From Ostreococcus lucimarinus (Eukaryota), in the NCBI GenBank assembly GCA_000092065.1, contig CP000583.1: a stretch of 64,000 nt of DNA; one strand, written 5' to 3'. Made by a program: the position numbers and the translations under genes. Below the pieces are notes generated by a model. It ran no database searches and was not told the origin of the DNA. It was given only the letters and a program-made list of their open reading frames with translations. Of the stretch, positions 28,492 to 39,017 are shown piece by piece (the first letter of the stretch is position 1; each line of letters opens with the position of its first letter).

Positions 28492-31248
28492 TTAGGACGC
28501 TTTCAGTAGAACCTCGAGGATGGAGTCGGGCGCGATTCTTGCCACGTCGTCGTCGTCCGCAATCAAGGTGTCCGGTACCTTGAAAATCTGAAGCACTTGC
28601 ACGGGCTTAACTCTGAATTTGAGCGCAATCTCTTCTCGTAGTTCAAGGTACGTCTGTCGACCGAAAGGAATCTCGCGATAGTAACGCTCATTTGGAACCT
28701 TCACCTTGAGAGACACCGCTTGGTCGATAGGAAGTCCGATGGCTTGCTTGTCGACCTTGGCACGCATTCGGCGCGTATTATCAATGATTGTCGCCGCGTC
28801 TTCTGGCGTTAGCACCGCCGCTTCTTGCAATTCGGTGAAAAATCTAATCTTCAACGTCTCTGGACGAAGCTTTGCCGGTACTGATGCTCGTCTGGTTATC
28901 GTGAGATGCACATCGAGCAGAAATCCATGCTTGACGTCGTACACGAGTTCAATGATGGGGAGGTATCCTTCCCAACGCGTGATATCTTCCTCTTGCCACC
29001 TGACGCGCTGAATTGTGGTATCACCATTCGCGACACCATCTTCGCCAATGATAGCTTTGAACGCCAAATACTCGTCGAGAGCGTCGAGATTCATTGGTTT
29101 GTTCACCTTGATGCGATATGAAATTGCTCCCGCAGACTTGTCATCGATCGCCCTCGTTAAATAATACACGCCAAACGCAACCCCGACCCACGTACACATG
29201 CTAAGAATGAACCAGACCAGTGGTTTGTTCATAAACGGATCAACAATGTACGATCGAGCCCACTCTGTGTGCACGACGCTCCATTCGCCAGTGAGTCTGT
29301 CGAGCAACTCAAACGCAAGCATACCCGCGAAAATGAACTGCATGGTGTATAAGCTTGTCCCTTGTTTGCTGTTCGACTTGATTTGCACCAGCATCTCTCC
29401 ACTACTACCGCGAATGTCTTCGTGCACGCGCAACGCCTGCGACTCGGCTACTGTGTCCACCATGATTCGTAACCCATCGATTTCTTTGCGCGCCGCCTCG
29501 AGGATTTTCCGCATATCCGCCACACGAACCGTGAGATCAGCGAGCATAACTTTCAGGCCAAGGATTTCATAAAGTCTTCTTCCGCTTTCAGTATCTGGAA
29601 TGGTGTGAATACTCTCGTCTTGTTCGATTGATTCCTTCAAGTACACCAGGATTTCCTCGAGCAAAATGATGTCGCGCGAAGTCTCAGCGAGAGTGTGACG
29701 AATATTCGCAACACTGTTCGGATCTTCCTCGTGATTTTTAATCATCTGCCGGACGAGCTTGAGAATGTCATCCGTCATAAATATTCTGTTGAATACGTTG
29801 TGCACGAAGACATCTCTGGACATGATGGACAGGTACATCAACATCACTGGTTCCTGCGCCTTGGCGTTTGGGCCCGTGAGTAAGATGCCGTGAGAACCGG
29901 TGATGACGACATCACGGTCGCTCAAATCGTACGCTTCGTGCGTATCACCTAATACTTGTCTTAACTCGTTTTCGAACGCGTCCTTATCCATGTACATGTC
30001 CGCAGCCTGTTGCGGGGCAATGCGCTCGGCGATGATGATGTTAATTTTGTCTCGTCGTTCGGCGTTACCGAGGAAAACAGTTTGGAGCAAATCACGCTGA
30101 TGATCGCTCAATAGCGAATCTAAAATCGTACTTGAGTCCATATGCACGTCCACGAGTAAGCGCGCCAAGTTATCGAGCGAGATATTGTCCAAAATTCGAT
30201 CCATGACTGATTCAATCATCAAACCGTGCACAATGGTGCCGTCTTTGCGCAAGTGAATGCCAAAGTGCTCGACTTGCACGATACCATCGTCCTCAGGGAA
30301 GTGTACTTGAGCCTCAATGTTGGTGAACGTCGTCATATCATGGTCCAAAATGCTTACATTTGTCAAACCAGCTGGGATCTCACACGTTGCGTTGGTCGAG
30401 TCCGTATCCACCGTGGGGGTGAAGAATCCGCCCTGACATCTGTCGTTTGATCCCAGCTTCATGTTCAACTTGACGATTTGATTCACTCCGAACGGAATCC
30501 ATTCACCAACTAAGATTGTCACGTTGGATACCGTCATGACCTCGTCCAAATCATCGCGAATCGTGCTGTCTTTAGCCGCGCTCTCCGACGCTCGGTGCGA
30601 ATTTGACGACGTCACGGGACCACCTACACGCCGTAAAGCCAACGGAAGATACGGTGATACGACGTACGACACGTCTTCTACATCAGTTATTGTCGATTCG
30701 AACGAAATCGTTTCATTTCTCAAGTAAAAGGTCTCATCTTCCCACACCACTTGCAAAAGTTTCCCGTCGGCGACGCACAGCTCGTCCACCAACTGTCGAT
30801 CCTCTTCGCTCATGCGCTTACTCACGAGCGCCAACCCAGCGGCGGTGATCTGAAACGCCAAAACGCTCTGATGTTCCGCACTGCTCAGCCTCAACCCACG
30901 AATGAGCTCTCCCTCGATCAAATCGTCCAAATCGTCCACCCCCTCCTGCGACACGTTCAAGTACAAGCGCGTATTCTTCACCACCGTCGACTCCGGCGCG
31001 TAATCGTACTCGAACACCTTCTGCACGATCCCCTCATAAATCAACACCAACAGCGGCAACTTCCGCACCCACACCTCCTTCTCGTACGCCGACTGCGCGC
31101 GGTGCGAATACTTCGACACCAAGTACAACAGCTTCAGGTGGCTCACCGTCCAGTAATCGTCGTGAAACTCTCGACGCACTCTCGGCGTCAACCGCGCCGT
31201 CTCCGCCCTCGCGTCGACCAACGGTTTATCCTCGTACCCACTCCCCAT
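28492..31248 (-). CDS. conserved hypothetical 918-aa protein with two C-proximal TM helices and a C-terminal ubiquitin/PB1-like fold
   Basis: Track ORF 28492..31530. The coding-like body starts at ATG 31248 (MGSGYEDKPLVDARAETARLTPRVRREFHDDYWTVSHLKLLYLV...); alternative ATG at 31338. TM pair: MQFIFAGMLAFELL...LVWFILSMCTWVGVAFGVYYL. The C-terminus ...LELREEIALKFRVKPVQVLQIFKVPDTLIADDDDVARIAPDSILEVLLKAS is beta-grasp-like. Family not recognised. Confidence 0.55.
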   Translation of the reverse strand: MGSGYEDKPLVDARAETARLTPRVRREFHDDYWTVSHLKLLYLVSKYSHRAQSAYEKEVWVRKLPLLVLIYEGIVQKVFEYDYAPESTVVKNTRLYLNVSQEGVDDLDDLIEGELIRGLRLSSAEHQSVLAFQITAAGLALVSKRMSEEDRQLVDELCVADGKLLQVVWEDETFYLRNETISFESTITDVEDVSYVVSPYLPLALRRVGGPVTSSNSHRASESAAKDSTIRDDLDEVMTVSNVTILVGEWIPFGVNQIVKLNMKLGSNDRCQGGFFTPTVDTDSTNATCEIPAGLTNVSILDHDMTTFTNIEAQVHFPEDDGIVQVEHFGIHLRKDGTIVHGLMIESVMDRILDNISLDNLARLLVDVHMDSSTILDSLLSDHQRDLLQTVFLGNAERRDKINIIIAERIAPQQAADMYMDKDAFENELRQVLGDTHEAYDLSDRDVVITGSHGILLTGPNAKAQEPVMLMYLSIMSRDVFVHNVFNRIFMTDDILKLVRQMIKNHEEDPNSVANIRHTLAETSRDIILLEEILVYLKESIEQDESIHTIPDTESGRRLYEILGLKVMLADLTVRVADMRKILEAARKEIDGLRIMVDTVAESQALRVHEDIRGSSGEMLVQIKSNSKQGTSLYTMQFIFAGMLAFELLDRLTGEWSVVHTEWARSYIVDPFMNKPLVWFILSMCTWVGVAFGVYYLTRAIDDKSAGAISYRIKVNKPMNLDALDEYLAFKAIIGEDGVANGDTTIQRVRWQEEDITRWEGYLPIIELVYDVKHGFLLDVHLTITRRASVPAKLRPETLKIRFFTELQEAAVLTPEDAATIIDNTRRMRAKVDKQAIGLPIDQAVSLKVKVPNERYYREIPFGRQTYLELREEIALKFRVKPVQVLQIFKVPDTLIADDDDVARIAPDSILEVLLKAS

Positions 31249-31734
31249 CGTTTCCCACCCCCCCCCGCCGCGCCCGTCCTCGCCGTCGTCCTCGCGCGCG
31301 CCCTCGCGCGCGCCGTTCCCCCGCGGCTCGCGTCCCATCGTCGTCGTCGTCGTCCCCCCCCGCGCGTCGTCGCGCGTCCGCTCGCGCCGCACCGCGCCGT
31401 CGCGCACCGCCCGCTGCGCCTCGCGCGCGCCCGCGTCCGCGAGTCGCGCGATCGCGCGCGCGTCCATCGTCGCGCGCGCGTCGCTTAGTGCGACGCGCGC
31501 GCGACGCGAACGGGCGCCGCGGGCGCGCACGGTGCGCGATGCGGGACGGGATTTCGTGACGCGTTTTTACCCCGATCGATCGATCGGACGTTGGACGCGC
31601 ACATAGCACTAACGGCGCGTACACTACGCGCGACGCGAACGAATAGGGGCGCGACGCGGGACGGGATTTTGTGATTTGACGGCGCGGATTCGATTCGATT
31701 CGATTCGACGCGACGGGCGTCGGACGGCGACGCG

Positions 31735-32271
31735 ATGCCGGCGGTGGACGACCCGAAGTGGCGCGACGACGAGCGCAAGGGCGCGCCGGTCGTCACGCTG
31801 CACACGACGCACGGGGACGTGACGGTGGAGCTGTACTATAAACACGCGCCGCGGACGTGCGAAAACTTTTTCGAGCTCGCGAAGCGCGGGTACTACGACG
31901 GGACGATCTTCCATCGCGTGATCGCGGAGTTCGTGATCCAGGGGGGGGATCCGACGGGGACGGGGCGGGGGGGGGAGAGCGCGTTCGGCGGGACGTTCGA
32001 GGACGAGATAAGCCGAGGGCTGAGGCACGTGGGGGCGGGGATTTTGGTGATGGCGAATAGCGGGCCGAACACGAATAAGAGTCAGTTTTTTATCACGCTC
32101 GCGGCGACGCCGTGGTTGGACGGGAAGCACGCGATATTCGGTAGGGTTGAAAGCGGGATGCACGCCGTGCGCGCGATCGGGGCGGTGAAAGTTGATAAGA
32201 ATGATCGACCGACGAAGGAGGTGAAGATTGTCGGCGTCACGTGCGACGATCGAGGATTCAAGTGGTACTGA
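31735..32271 (+). CDS. PPIL1: cyclophilin-type peptidyl-prolyl isomerase, PPIL1-like
   Basis: VTLHTTHGDVTVELYYKHAPRTCENFFELAKRGYYDGTIFHRVIAEFVIQGGDPTGTGRGGESAFGGTFEDEI...GAGILVMANSGPNTNKSQFFITLAATPWLDGKHAIFGRV is the PPIL1 pattern. ATG at 31735 and TGA at 32269-32271. (CGATT)x3 sits at 31691-31707 in the 5' UTR. Confidence 0.9.
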   Translation: MPAVDDPKWRDDERKGAPVVTLHTTHGDVTVELYYKHAPRTCENFFELAKRGYYDGTIFHRVIAEFVIQGGDPTGTGRGGESAFGGTFEDEISRGLRHVGAGILVMANSGPNTNKSQFFITLAATPWLDGKHAIFGRVESGMHAVRAIGAVKVDKNDRPTKEVKIVGVTCDDRGFKWY

Positions 32272-32332
32272 TTCAGATTAGCTCTAGATGCGTGAAATGT
32301 GATGACGAAGAAGTCATTTGCTTTGTTTTTTG

Positions 32333-33262
32333 TTACGTCAAATCGTCTCCGGCGTCTTCGTCCGTGGTGTCGCCCGTGGGGAGGTCGGCGCCCATCTTCG
32401 TAGCGACGGCGCCGAGCTCGTGTTTCGGATTGGGGAGCTTGCGCGCCAGACGCGAGAACACGATGTCCAAGAAGCGCGCGCACGAGCTATCCTCGATGGC
32501 GTACTTGATTTTATCCGCATCCGCCGCGCGATACGCGGTGAGCAACCTATACGCGGTTTCTCGCTCTTCGCTCTTGTCGAACCCGGGCAACTCGTGCACG
32601 TCGTTAAACGTCGCCTGCGCGCCGACGCCGTCGCCGTCGTACAATAACGCTATGATGGCGCTCAAATATGCCTTGGCTAAAGAATTCATCTGACCAGCGC
32701 GCGCGCACGATGCCCCGTACTTGACGCACGCCTCGGCTGCGTCTTGATACCGCTCTGCTCGCACCAACGTCGCCCCCAACTGCTTGTGATGGTCGCTGGC
32801 GTACACGTCTTTCCCATCTTCCTGCAAATTCTCGACGCAAAGCATCAACAGCGCGGCGGACGTCTTCGTATCGCTCGTTTCCAACAATCTCGCGGCCCGG
32901 CTCAGCGACTCCGCGCCGACTTGCGTGCGATTCGCCATGACGTACGCGTCGTTCGCTCGTTCCGCCATCTGCAACACCGCGCCGCCGTCCAAAGGTTCAC
33001 ACTTCGTCAACAACTCCGTCGCCCTCTCCAGCGCTTTACCCGCGTGCCAGTAATTATCGAGTCGCACGTTCGCGTCTGCGCTCTTCTCCTCGGCCTCGCA
33101 CGCCATTTTGAAGTTATTCGACGCTCGGTACGCGCGCGCGGCGTCTTCATAGAGTTCGATCGCTTCGTCGTAATTTGGTTTCCAGCGCATCAACGACGGT
33201 TTCATGCGCGCATCTGCGCGCTTCATGAGATTCTTGGCGTATATCTCGTTCGTGTTGGACAT
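32333..33262 (-). CDS. soluble NSF-attachment protein, gamma-SNAP-like (TPR-like SNAP family)
   Basis: MSNTNEIYAKNLMKRADARMKPSLMRWKPNYDEAIELYEDAARAYRASNNFKMACEAEEKSAD... matches the SNAP N-terminus (KxxFLKWKPDYDSAASEYxKAAVAFK) with the helical repeats continuing. ATG at 33262 checked. Confidence 0.8.
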   Translation of the reverse strand: MSNTNEIYAKNLMKRADARMKPSLMRWKPNYDEAIELYEDAARAYRASNNFKMACEAEEKSADANVRLDNYWHAGKALERATELLTKCEPLDGGAVLQMAERANDAYVMANRTQVGAESLSRAARLLETSDTKTSAALLMLCVENLQEDGKDVYASDHHKQLGATLVRAERYQDAAEACVKYGASCARAGQMNSLAKAYLSAIIALLYDGDGVGAQATFNDVHELPGFDKSEERETAYRLLTAYRAADADKIKYAIEDSSCARFLDIVFSRLARKLPNPKHELGAVATKMGADLPTGDTTDEDAGDDLT

Positions 33263-33381
33263 CGTTAGAGGCGGCAGTGGCGCGCGCGCGCGCGAGTACC
33301 GTCGATCGAGTGCGCGGTGGGCGTTGGAAAAACAGTTGGCGAGTTGTTTGGATCTCTAATGATTAAAAGGCTATGGCGCGC

Positions 33382-34704
33382 TCACTCGTTCTTGAAAGAG
33401 CTGTCGTAGGACGCGGCGGGTTCCAATTTCTTCGCCTCCACGAGCTTGCGGACGGCTTTCATGAAATCGTCCTGAACGCAGTAATCGCGGTCGTCGCGAA
33501 TGGCGAACATTCCCGCCTCCGTGCACACGTTGCGCATGTCGGCGGCGTTGAATTCTTCGGCAATCTTGGAGATAGACTCGTAATCGATTTCACCCTCTTT
33601 GTTCAACTTTTGCGCGTGAATTTTCAAAACCTCCACGCGACCTTGCTCGTTCGGAAGCGGGATTTCAATCTTTCTGTCGAGACGACCAGGGCGCATCAAC
33701 GCCGGGTCCAACACATCGGGTCTGTTCGTCGCCATGATCATCTTGACCTTGCCAAGAACGTCGAAACCATCGAGCTGATTCAAAAGTTCCATGAGTGTAC
33801 GTTGAATCTCGCGATCGGCCGACGTGCCTTCGGAAAAGCGCTTGCCACCGATGGCGTCGATTTCGTCCATGAAGATGATGCACGGCTCGTGGTCCCGAGC
33901 GTAACCGAACATCTCTCTGATCAATCTCGCGGACTCGCCGATATACTTATCCACTATAGCGCTAGAAACAATCTTCAAAAAGTTTGCGTCGATGTTACTC
34001 GCGATCGCCTTGGCGAGGAGCGTCTTCCCCGTCCCTGGCGGTCCGTAGAGCAATACGCCCTTCGGCGGCGCGATGCCCACGCGCACAAAAAGTTCGGGAT
34101 TCATCAACGGCAACTCGATCGACTCTCTAAGCGCTCGAATCTGCTCCCCGAGCCCACCGATAGAGCTATAGTCCACGTGCCCCGTGGACTCGCTGAGCAT
34201 GTTAAACACTAACGGATCCACCTCTCGCGGCAGCGCGCGCATGATGGTTAACGTCGTCATGTCGAGCGTCACCCGCGTCCCGTTCACTAGCTTGCTCTTA
34301 TCGAGCTTCGTTCTGCACCCAACGACGTATCTCGGCCCCGAGCTCGCCTTCACGATGAATCTGTCTTCGTCCAACTGTCTCAAAACCTCCCCGATAATCT
34401 GCCCCATCGACTGCAACGCCTTCAAATCGTCCTCCGTCTTGTCAAACCTCTTTCGAATGTCAATCAACTCGAACCTCGACGCTCGCACTCTCGCATCCAA
34501 TTCCTACGTCATCGCGCGTCATCACGACAATAAACCGTCAGTCACTCGCTCGAATACGACGCCTCGCACCACCGTTCGCGTCCACGAACCATCCTTCGGT
34601 CTCTCCGTCGCGCGCGATCTCACCTTGTGCTGCAGCAACAACCCGGCGTACTTCCTCAACGCCTCCTTCCGCGGATCCGGCGGCGGCGCCCGCGGCGTCG
34701 TCAT
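33382..34704 (-). CDS. PSMC6: 26S proteasome regulatory subunit Rpt4 (PSMC6/S10B, AAA-ATPase), two exons: 34624..34704 and 33382..34503
   Basis: Exon 1 is ATG 34704 ([27 protein letters not shown]) with donor GTGAGA at 34623. Acceptor TAG at 34504-34506. Exon 2 is [44 protein letters not shown]...[12 protein letters not shown]...Walker A GPPGTGKT... The spliced N-terminus aligns gap-free with human PSMC6 ([52 protein letters not shown]). Exon 2 alone (track ORF 33382..34500) starts with TTG preceded by an in-frame stop. Confidence 0.9.
34504..34623 (-). other. intron (120 nt, GTGAGA...TAG, phase 0) of the Rpt4 gene
   Basis: Donor and acceptor are placed by exact alignment to PSMC6 across the junction. 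Confidence 0.8.
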
Positions 34705-34996
34705 CGCTTCCCCAGAATCACCTCCCTGCGGCGTTTGCGGCGTTTCTCCCGTCGCTTGCGTCTCCATCGCGTCGTTCGCGCCGTCGTCCGTCGTCATCGC
34801 GGTCGCGATCTCGGTCCCAGTCTTCGCGCGTCTCTCGTCGCGATCGCGCGCGCGTCGGCGTCCGCGAGCGCGTCGAACGACGACGCGCGATCACCTCCGC
34901 GCGCTGTTCGCTCGCGCGTCGTCGCGGCGCGCACGTCGGCGTCGCGAAGTGCGAACGCGTCGTCCACCGAGTCAAACGACTTCACAGTCGCGCGCG

Positions 34997-36073
34997 ATGC
35001 CGCGCGTGTTCGTCCCGGGACGCGTGTGTCTGCTCGGCGAGCACTCGGATTGGGCCGGCGCGCGCGCGGCGCGCGATGGCCCGGGAGCGTGCGTCGTCGT
35101 CGGCACGCGCGAGGGCGTCAGCGCGCGGTGCGACGTCGGTGAAGGGCCGCGGTTTCGCGTGGTTGGCGCGGACGGCGACGCGTTCGAGTGCGATGTGAGC
35201 GTCGATGACGCGCTCGAGCGAGAGGCTTCGAGCGGAGGGTACTGGTCGTACGTCGCCGGGACCGCGCTGGAGGTTTTGAGGCGATTTCCGCGGTGTCGCG
35301 AGCGCGGGCTCGTCGTGGAGACGCTCGAGACGACGCTGCCGACGAGGAAAGGCTTGAGCTCGTCGGCGTGCGTCTGCGTCCTCGTGGCGCGGTGTTTCGG
35401 CGTGGCGTACGAGTTGGATCTCGAGCTGAAGGATGAGATGGAGTTGGCGTATCGAGGGGAGGCGGTGCACACGCCGAGCAAGTGTGGAGCGATGGATCAG
35501 GCGTGCGCGTACGGGAGCGAGCGCGTCGTGGCGCTCACATTCGACGGCGAAGACGTGGACGTCAGAGCGTGCGAGGTTGACGGTGAAATACACATCGTCG
35601 TGTGTGATTTGGCGGCATCGAAGAGTACGGTGCGGATTTTAGCCGATTTGCAAGGAGCTTTCGACCGAGGGGACGAGGCGCTGCGCTCGGCGCTCGGTGC
35701 CCGTAATCGAGCGCTCGTGGCCGAAGGATTAGACGCGATCAAACGCGGCGATGCGCGGGCTTTAGGCGCGGTGTATACGCGCGCACAGACCACATTTGAC
35801 GAAGCTGCGATCCACATCTGCCCATCCGAGCTCACGGCGCCTCGTTTGCGCGAGACGCTCGCCGCCGTCGCCCACGACGTTCCGGAAACTGTCTTTGGCG
35901 CGAAAGGCGTCGGAAGCCAAGGCGACGGTGCCGCGCAATTCGTGGCGGTATCTGAAGCAGCGGCTAAAACACTCCGACAGTACTTGCACGACTTTTCGGG
36001 CGGTCGGTTTAAAGTATTCGACGTCGTTCTGCGAGACGAAGAGCGCCACGCACGAACTAGCACACACAAATAG
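34997..36073 (+). CDS. GHMP-family sugar kinase (galactokinase-like)
   Basis: MPRVFVPGRVCLLGEHSDWAG matches the galactokinase signature PGRVNLIGEHxDY. GLSSSACVCV is GHMP motif 2 and GAKGVGSQGDGAAQFV is motif 3. ATG at 34997. Only 5 aa precede the signature, so a short upstream exon cannot be excluded. The 5' part of track ORF 34184..36073 is antisense to the Rpt4 gene. Confidence 0.7.
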   Translation: MPRVFVPGRVCLLGEHSDWAGARAARDGPGACVVVGTREGVSARCDVGEGPRFRVVGADGDAFECDVSVDDALEREASSGGYWSYVAGTALEVLRRFPRCRERGLVVETLETTLPTRKGLSSSACVCVLVARCFGVAYELDLELKDEMELAYRGEAVHTPSKCGAMDQACAYGSERVVALTFDGEDVDVRACEVDGEIHIVVCDLAASKSTVRILADLQGAFDRGDEALRSALGARNRALVAEGLDAIKRGDARALGAVYTRAQTTFDEAAIHICPSELTAPRLRETLAAVAHDVPETVFGAKGVGSQGDGAAQFVAVSEAAAKTLRQYLHDFSGGRFKVFDVVLRDEERHARTSTHK

Positions 36074-36134
36074 CGCTGTAGAAAATTCTTAGACGAATAG
36101 GCCGCATTCATCGACGCCGCGACCGGCGAACGCG

Positions 36135-36941
36135 ATGTCCGTCGACGACACCACGCTCGCGCGTTCTTTCTCCCTGCGCGGTGCCACCGCCGTCGTCACC
36201 GGTGGCACGCAAGGCCTCGGAAAAGCCATCGTCGAAGCGCTTTGCCATCACGGCTGCCGCGTATTCACCTGCGCACGCACGGCGGGAGACGTCGAGACGT
36301 GCGTCGAGGACTGGCGGCGCCGTGGATACGACGTCGATGGGTGTGTTTGCGACGTCAGTGACGCGAACGCGCGAGAAGAACTCGCGCGGAGGGTGTCGGA
36401 AAAGTTTTCGGGCGAGTTGAACATACTGGTGAGCAACGTGGGCTTTAACATTCGAAAGCCGACGGTGGAATTCACGAGCGAAGATTACCAAAGGCTGATG
36501 CGGACGAACTTAGAGGCATCATTCGAGCTTTGCAAGAGGTTTCACGCGATGTTGAAGGCGAGCGGTGATGGGAGGATCGTATTTAATTCATCCGTCGCCG
36601 GCCTCGTGTCTATCCAGAGCGGCGCTCTGTATGCAATCTCGAAGGGTGCCATGAATCAACTGACGAAGAGTCTGGCGTGCGAGTGGGCGAAAGATAACAT
36701 TCGTGTGAACGCCGTCGCGCCTTGGTACACCAACACGCCGCTCGCGAAGCAGGTGCTGAAAAACCAAGTCTACCTCAAAGCCGTCGTGGACCGAACGCCG
36801 ATGGGTCGCGTCGGCGAGCCTCACGAAGTCGGCGCCGTCGTTGCGTTTCTATGCATGCCCGCGTCCTCGTACGTCAACGGTGTCATCGTGCCAATAGATG
36901 GCGGTTTCACCGTCCACGGGTTCATCCCGCCCAAATTGTGA
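36135..36941 (+). CDS. short-chain dehydrogenase/reductase, tropinone-reductase-like
   Basis: [13 protein letters not shown] (TGxxxGxG), NILVSNVG, catalytic S...[16 protein letters not shown] at 36135 and stop at 36941. Confidence 0.85.
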   Translation: MSVDDTTLARSFSLRGATAVVTGGTQGLGKAIVEALCHHGCRVFTCARTAGDVETCVEDWRRRGYDVDGCVCDVSDANAREELARRVSEKFSGELNILVSNVGFNIRKPTVEFTSEDYQRLMRTNLEASFELCKRFHAMLKASGDGRIVFNSSVAGLVSIQSGALYAISKGAMNQLTKSLACEWAKDNIRVNAVAPWYTNTPLAKQVLKNQVYLKAVVDRTPMGRVGEPHEVGAVVAFLCMPASSYVNGVIVPIDGGFTVHGFIPPKL

Positions 36942-37046
36942 TGTAGTTCCTAGAGCCAAGCACACGCGCGTCGCGGAGCTTCATGTCAAGCGGCGGACGT
37001 CACGCGACGTCATCGAAACGAAACGTCATATCGGGCTCGACGCGGC

Positions 37047-37904
37047 ATGTCAGCCTTCGCGCCCGCGCCGTTCGCGCCCGGTGCGCGTGAAACGCGTCAC
37101 GCGCGCGCGCCTCGCGCGCCTCGCGCGCCCCGCTCGCGCGTCGTCACCGCGCGCGCGGGAAAAGATGGCGCGAGTTTCGTCGATTGGTTGAAGAAGGAGA
37201 TCGATCTGACGTTTAATCCGCGCACGCCCGGAGCGAAGATCGCCGGGCGGTGCCCAGACACGCAGACGCAACCGAGCGAGGTGTCGAAGGATGCGATGAG
37301 CGAAGAAGAGGATGCGGAGACGCTCGGCGGGGATTTTGATTTGAGAGCGTTCACGGCGCAGCTCGAGAGGGCGATGTTGGAGGGTGGTGACGACGACGAG
37401 GGCGCGATGACTTTGACAGCCACGAAAAGCGTTTCGGTGGTGCAAACGGAAGTGGTGGATGATGTATCGATGCTCGAGGAGGAGGATGACGAGGATGGTG
37501 GTTTCGAATACGAGTTGGACGGCGCGAGCGAAGGCCCGCTCACTGGGCGCGAGTTAGCGCTGTTGTGCATTAAAAAGTACGGCAAGGCACACGACATGGC
37601 TATCAAGCACGTCAAAATGGGGTCCGGTATGAAGCGGTGGGTTAGCCTCAATCTTTACGTCGGGCATCTCGGGCAAAGATCTTACCCGCAGACGGAGGCG
37701 GAATATTTGGAACAACTAGACGTCATCGCGTATTTGATCAACACTTGGTCGCAGGCAGACTACACGCGAGTATTTTTCCGAGAGAAACCGATCGCGCGAC
37801 GAGGTTTACCATCGCGTCCGCGCGTCGATACGTGCGTCACGTTGCAGTTCGCGCGCAGCCCGACATGGGACGACGAATTAGGAGACGAATTCTTCCCCTA
37901 CTAG
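37047..37904 (+). CDS. conserved cyanobacteria/plastid-lineage protein (DUF3067-like) with chloroplast-transit-peptide-like N-terminus
   Basis: MSAFAPAPFAPGARETRHARAPRAPRAPRSRVVTARA is S/A/R-rich and lacks acidic residues. The C-terminal block GRELALLCIKKYGKAHDMAI...WVSLNLYVGHLGQRSYPQTEAEYLEQLDVIAYLINTWSQADY...RPRVDTCVTLQFARSPTWDDE resembles DUF3067. I identified the family from memory. Confidence 0.45.
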   Translation: MSAFAPAPFAPGARETRHARAPRAPRAPRSRVVTARAGKDGASFVDWLKKEIDLTFNPRTPGAKIAGRCPDTQTQPSEVSKDAMSEEEDAETLGGDFDLRAFTAQLERAMLEGGDDDEGAMTLTATKSVSVVQTEVVDDVSMLEEEDDEDGGFEYELDGASEGPLTGRELALLCIKKYGKAHDMAIKHVKMGSGMKRWVSLNLYVGHLGQRSYPQTEAEYLEQLDVIAYLINTWSQADYTRVFFREKPIARRGLPSRPRVDTCVTLQFARSPTWDDELGDEFFPY

Positions 37905-37938
37905 ATGTAACACTACTCGCTTTCTACGTTGCTATTCG

Positions 37939-38571
37939 CTACAAATCCGGCGCTGGAAGTCCCGGCACTCGCCCCCAAACCGTCTTTGGTGTCTGTCCAG
38001 ACACATCACACAACACCCTATTGACGTCAACACGCCACTCCACCGTCGTCGATTCCGCGAACCGCCGCATCGCCTCCACGCGCTCCTCGCTCGCTCCCGC
38101 CACCCACAAAAGCGACACGTGCGGGTCCGGATCATCGTAATACTTTGGAAACCCGAGTGGAACGATCGCCTTATCCACTCTCTCGATCGCTCGCACCAAC
38201 GCCACCTTCGACGCGCTCGTCGACCCCTCCCGAAACCCCGCGGCGACGAACGCCCGCGAGCCGTCGTCGTTCGTAAACACCCGCATCGCATCAAACACCA
38301 CCTCAAACGCCTCCATATCCCTCAACTCTCGTCTCAAATTCCCAAACAACCGTTCCCAATCTCCCTTCACGCACGCAAACGTCCTCGACAGCGACACGTG
38401 CGCGCCATCCTCTCTCTTCAAATCGCTCACTTTTTCCAATTCCCCGAACGCCTCCACGAACGCGTCGAGCGTCTTCTCCGTCGCGCGCGTCGCCGCGCCC
38501 GCGCGCGCCCTGACGTGCGTCGCGTAGTTTCCCTCGACGTGTTCGAACGTCCGCTTCCGCGCCGCGCGCAT
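37939..38571 (-). CDS. USB1: U6 snRNA phosphodiesterase USB1/Mpn1 (2H phosphoesterase, two H-x-S motifs)
   Basis: THVRA...AHVSLSRTF and PHVSLLWVAG are the paired HxS/T motifs of the 2H family in USB1 spacing. ATG at 38571 checked. Its stop is only 34 bp from the stop of the convergent upstream gene. Confidence 0.65.
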   Translation of the reverse strand: MRAARKRTFEHVEGNYATHVRARAGAATRATEKTLDAFVEAFGELEKVSDLKREDGAHVSLSRTFACVKGDWERLFGNLRRELRDMEAFEVVFDAMRVFTNDDGSRAFVAAGFREGSTSASKVALVRAIERVDKAIVPLGFPKYYDDPDPHVSLLWVAGASEERVEAMRRFAESTTVEWRVDVNRVLCDVSGQTPKTVWGRVPGLPAPDL

Positions 38572-39017
38572 GCGCGCGACCGCGTCCCGCGCGCGTCCGA
38601 CGGTGCCGCGGCGCGCGTCCCGCGCGTCGCGTCCCGCCCGCGCGCGCGCCGATCGATCGTTCGATCGCGCGGTCGTTCGATCTCGATCGCTCGATCTCGA
38701 TCGGCGTCTCGGGACGCGCGTCTCGGCCGTCTCGGCCGTCTCGGACGCCGCACACGGCGACGACGCGCGCGGCGACGACGCTCGAGGTGCGCGCGCGACG
38801 ACGACGACGACGACGACGACGCGAGCGCGGGAAGAAAGACGCGCGCGACGCGCGCGATGGAGAAGACGCGACGACGCGACGCGAGACGCGCGCGACGGGC
38901 GAGACGCGAACGCGCGAGGGGAACGACCCCAACGGTCGAGGGTCGACGCGCGACGCGACGCGACGCGACGCGCGATCGGTGACTGACGGCGCGCGATCGC
39001 GACAGAAATCGCGCGCG

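Noticed and set aside
34705-34797. Longer N-terminus for Rpt4 (MTTDDGANDAMETQATGETPQTPQGGDSGEA...)
   Set aside because: Homology to PSMC6 begins at [16 protein letters not shown] (ATG 34704). The upstream in-frame Met codons would add a non-conserved acidic extension. Kept as a possibility only.
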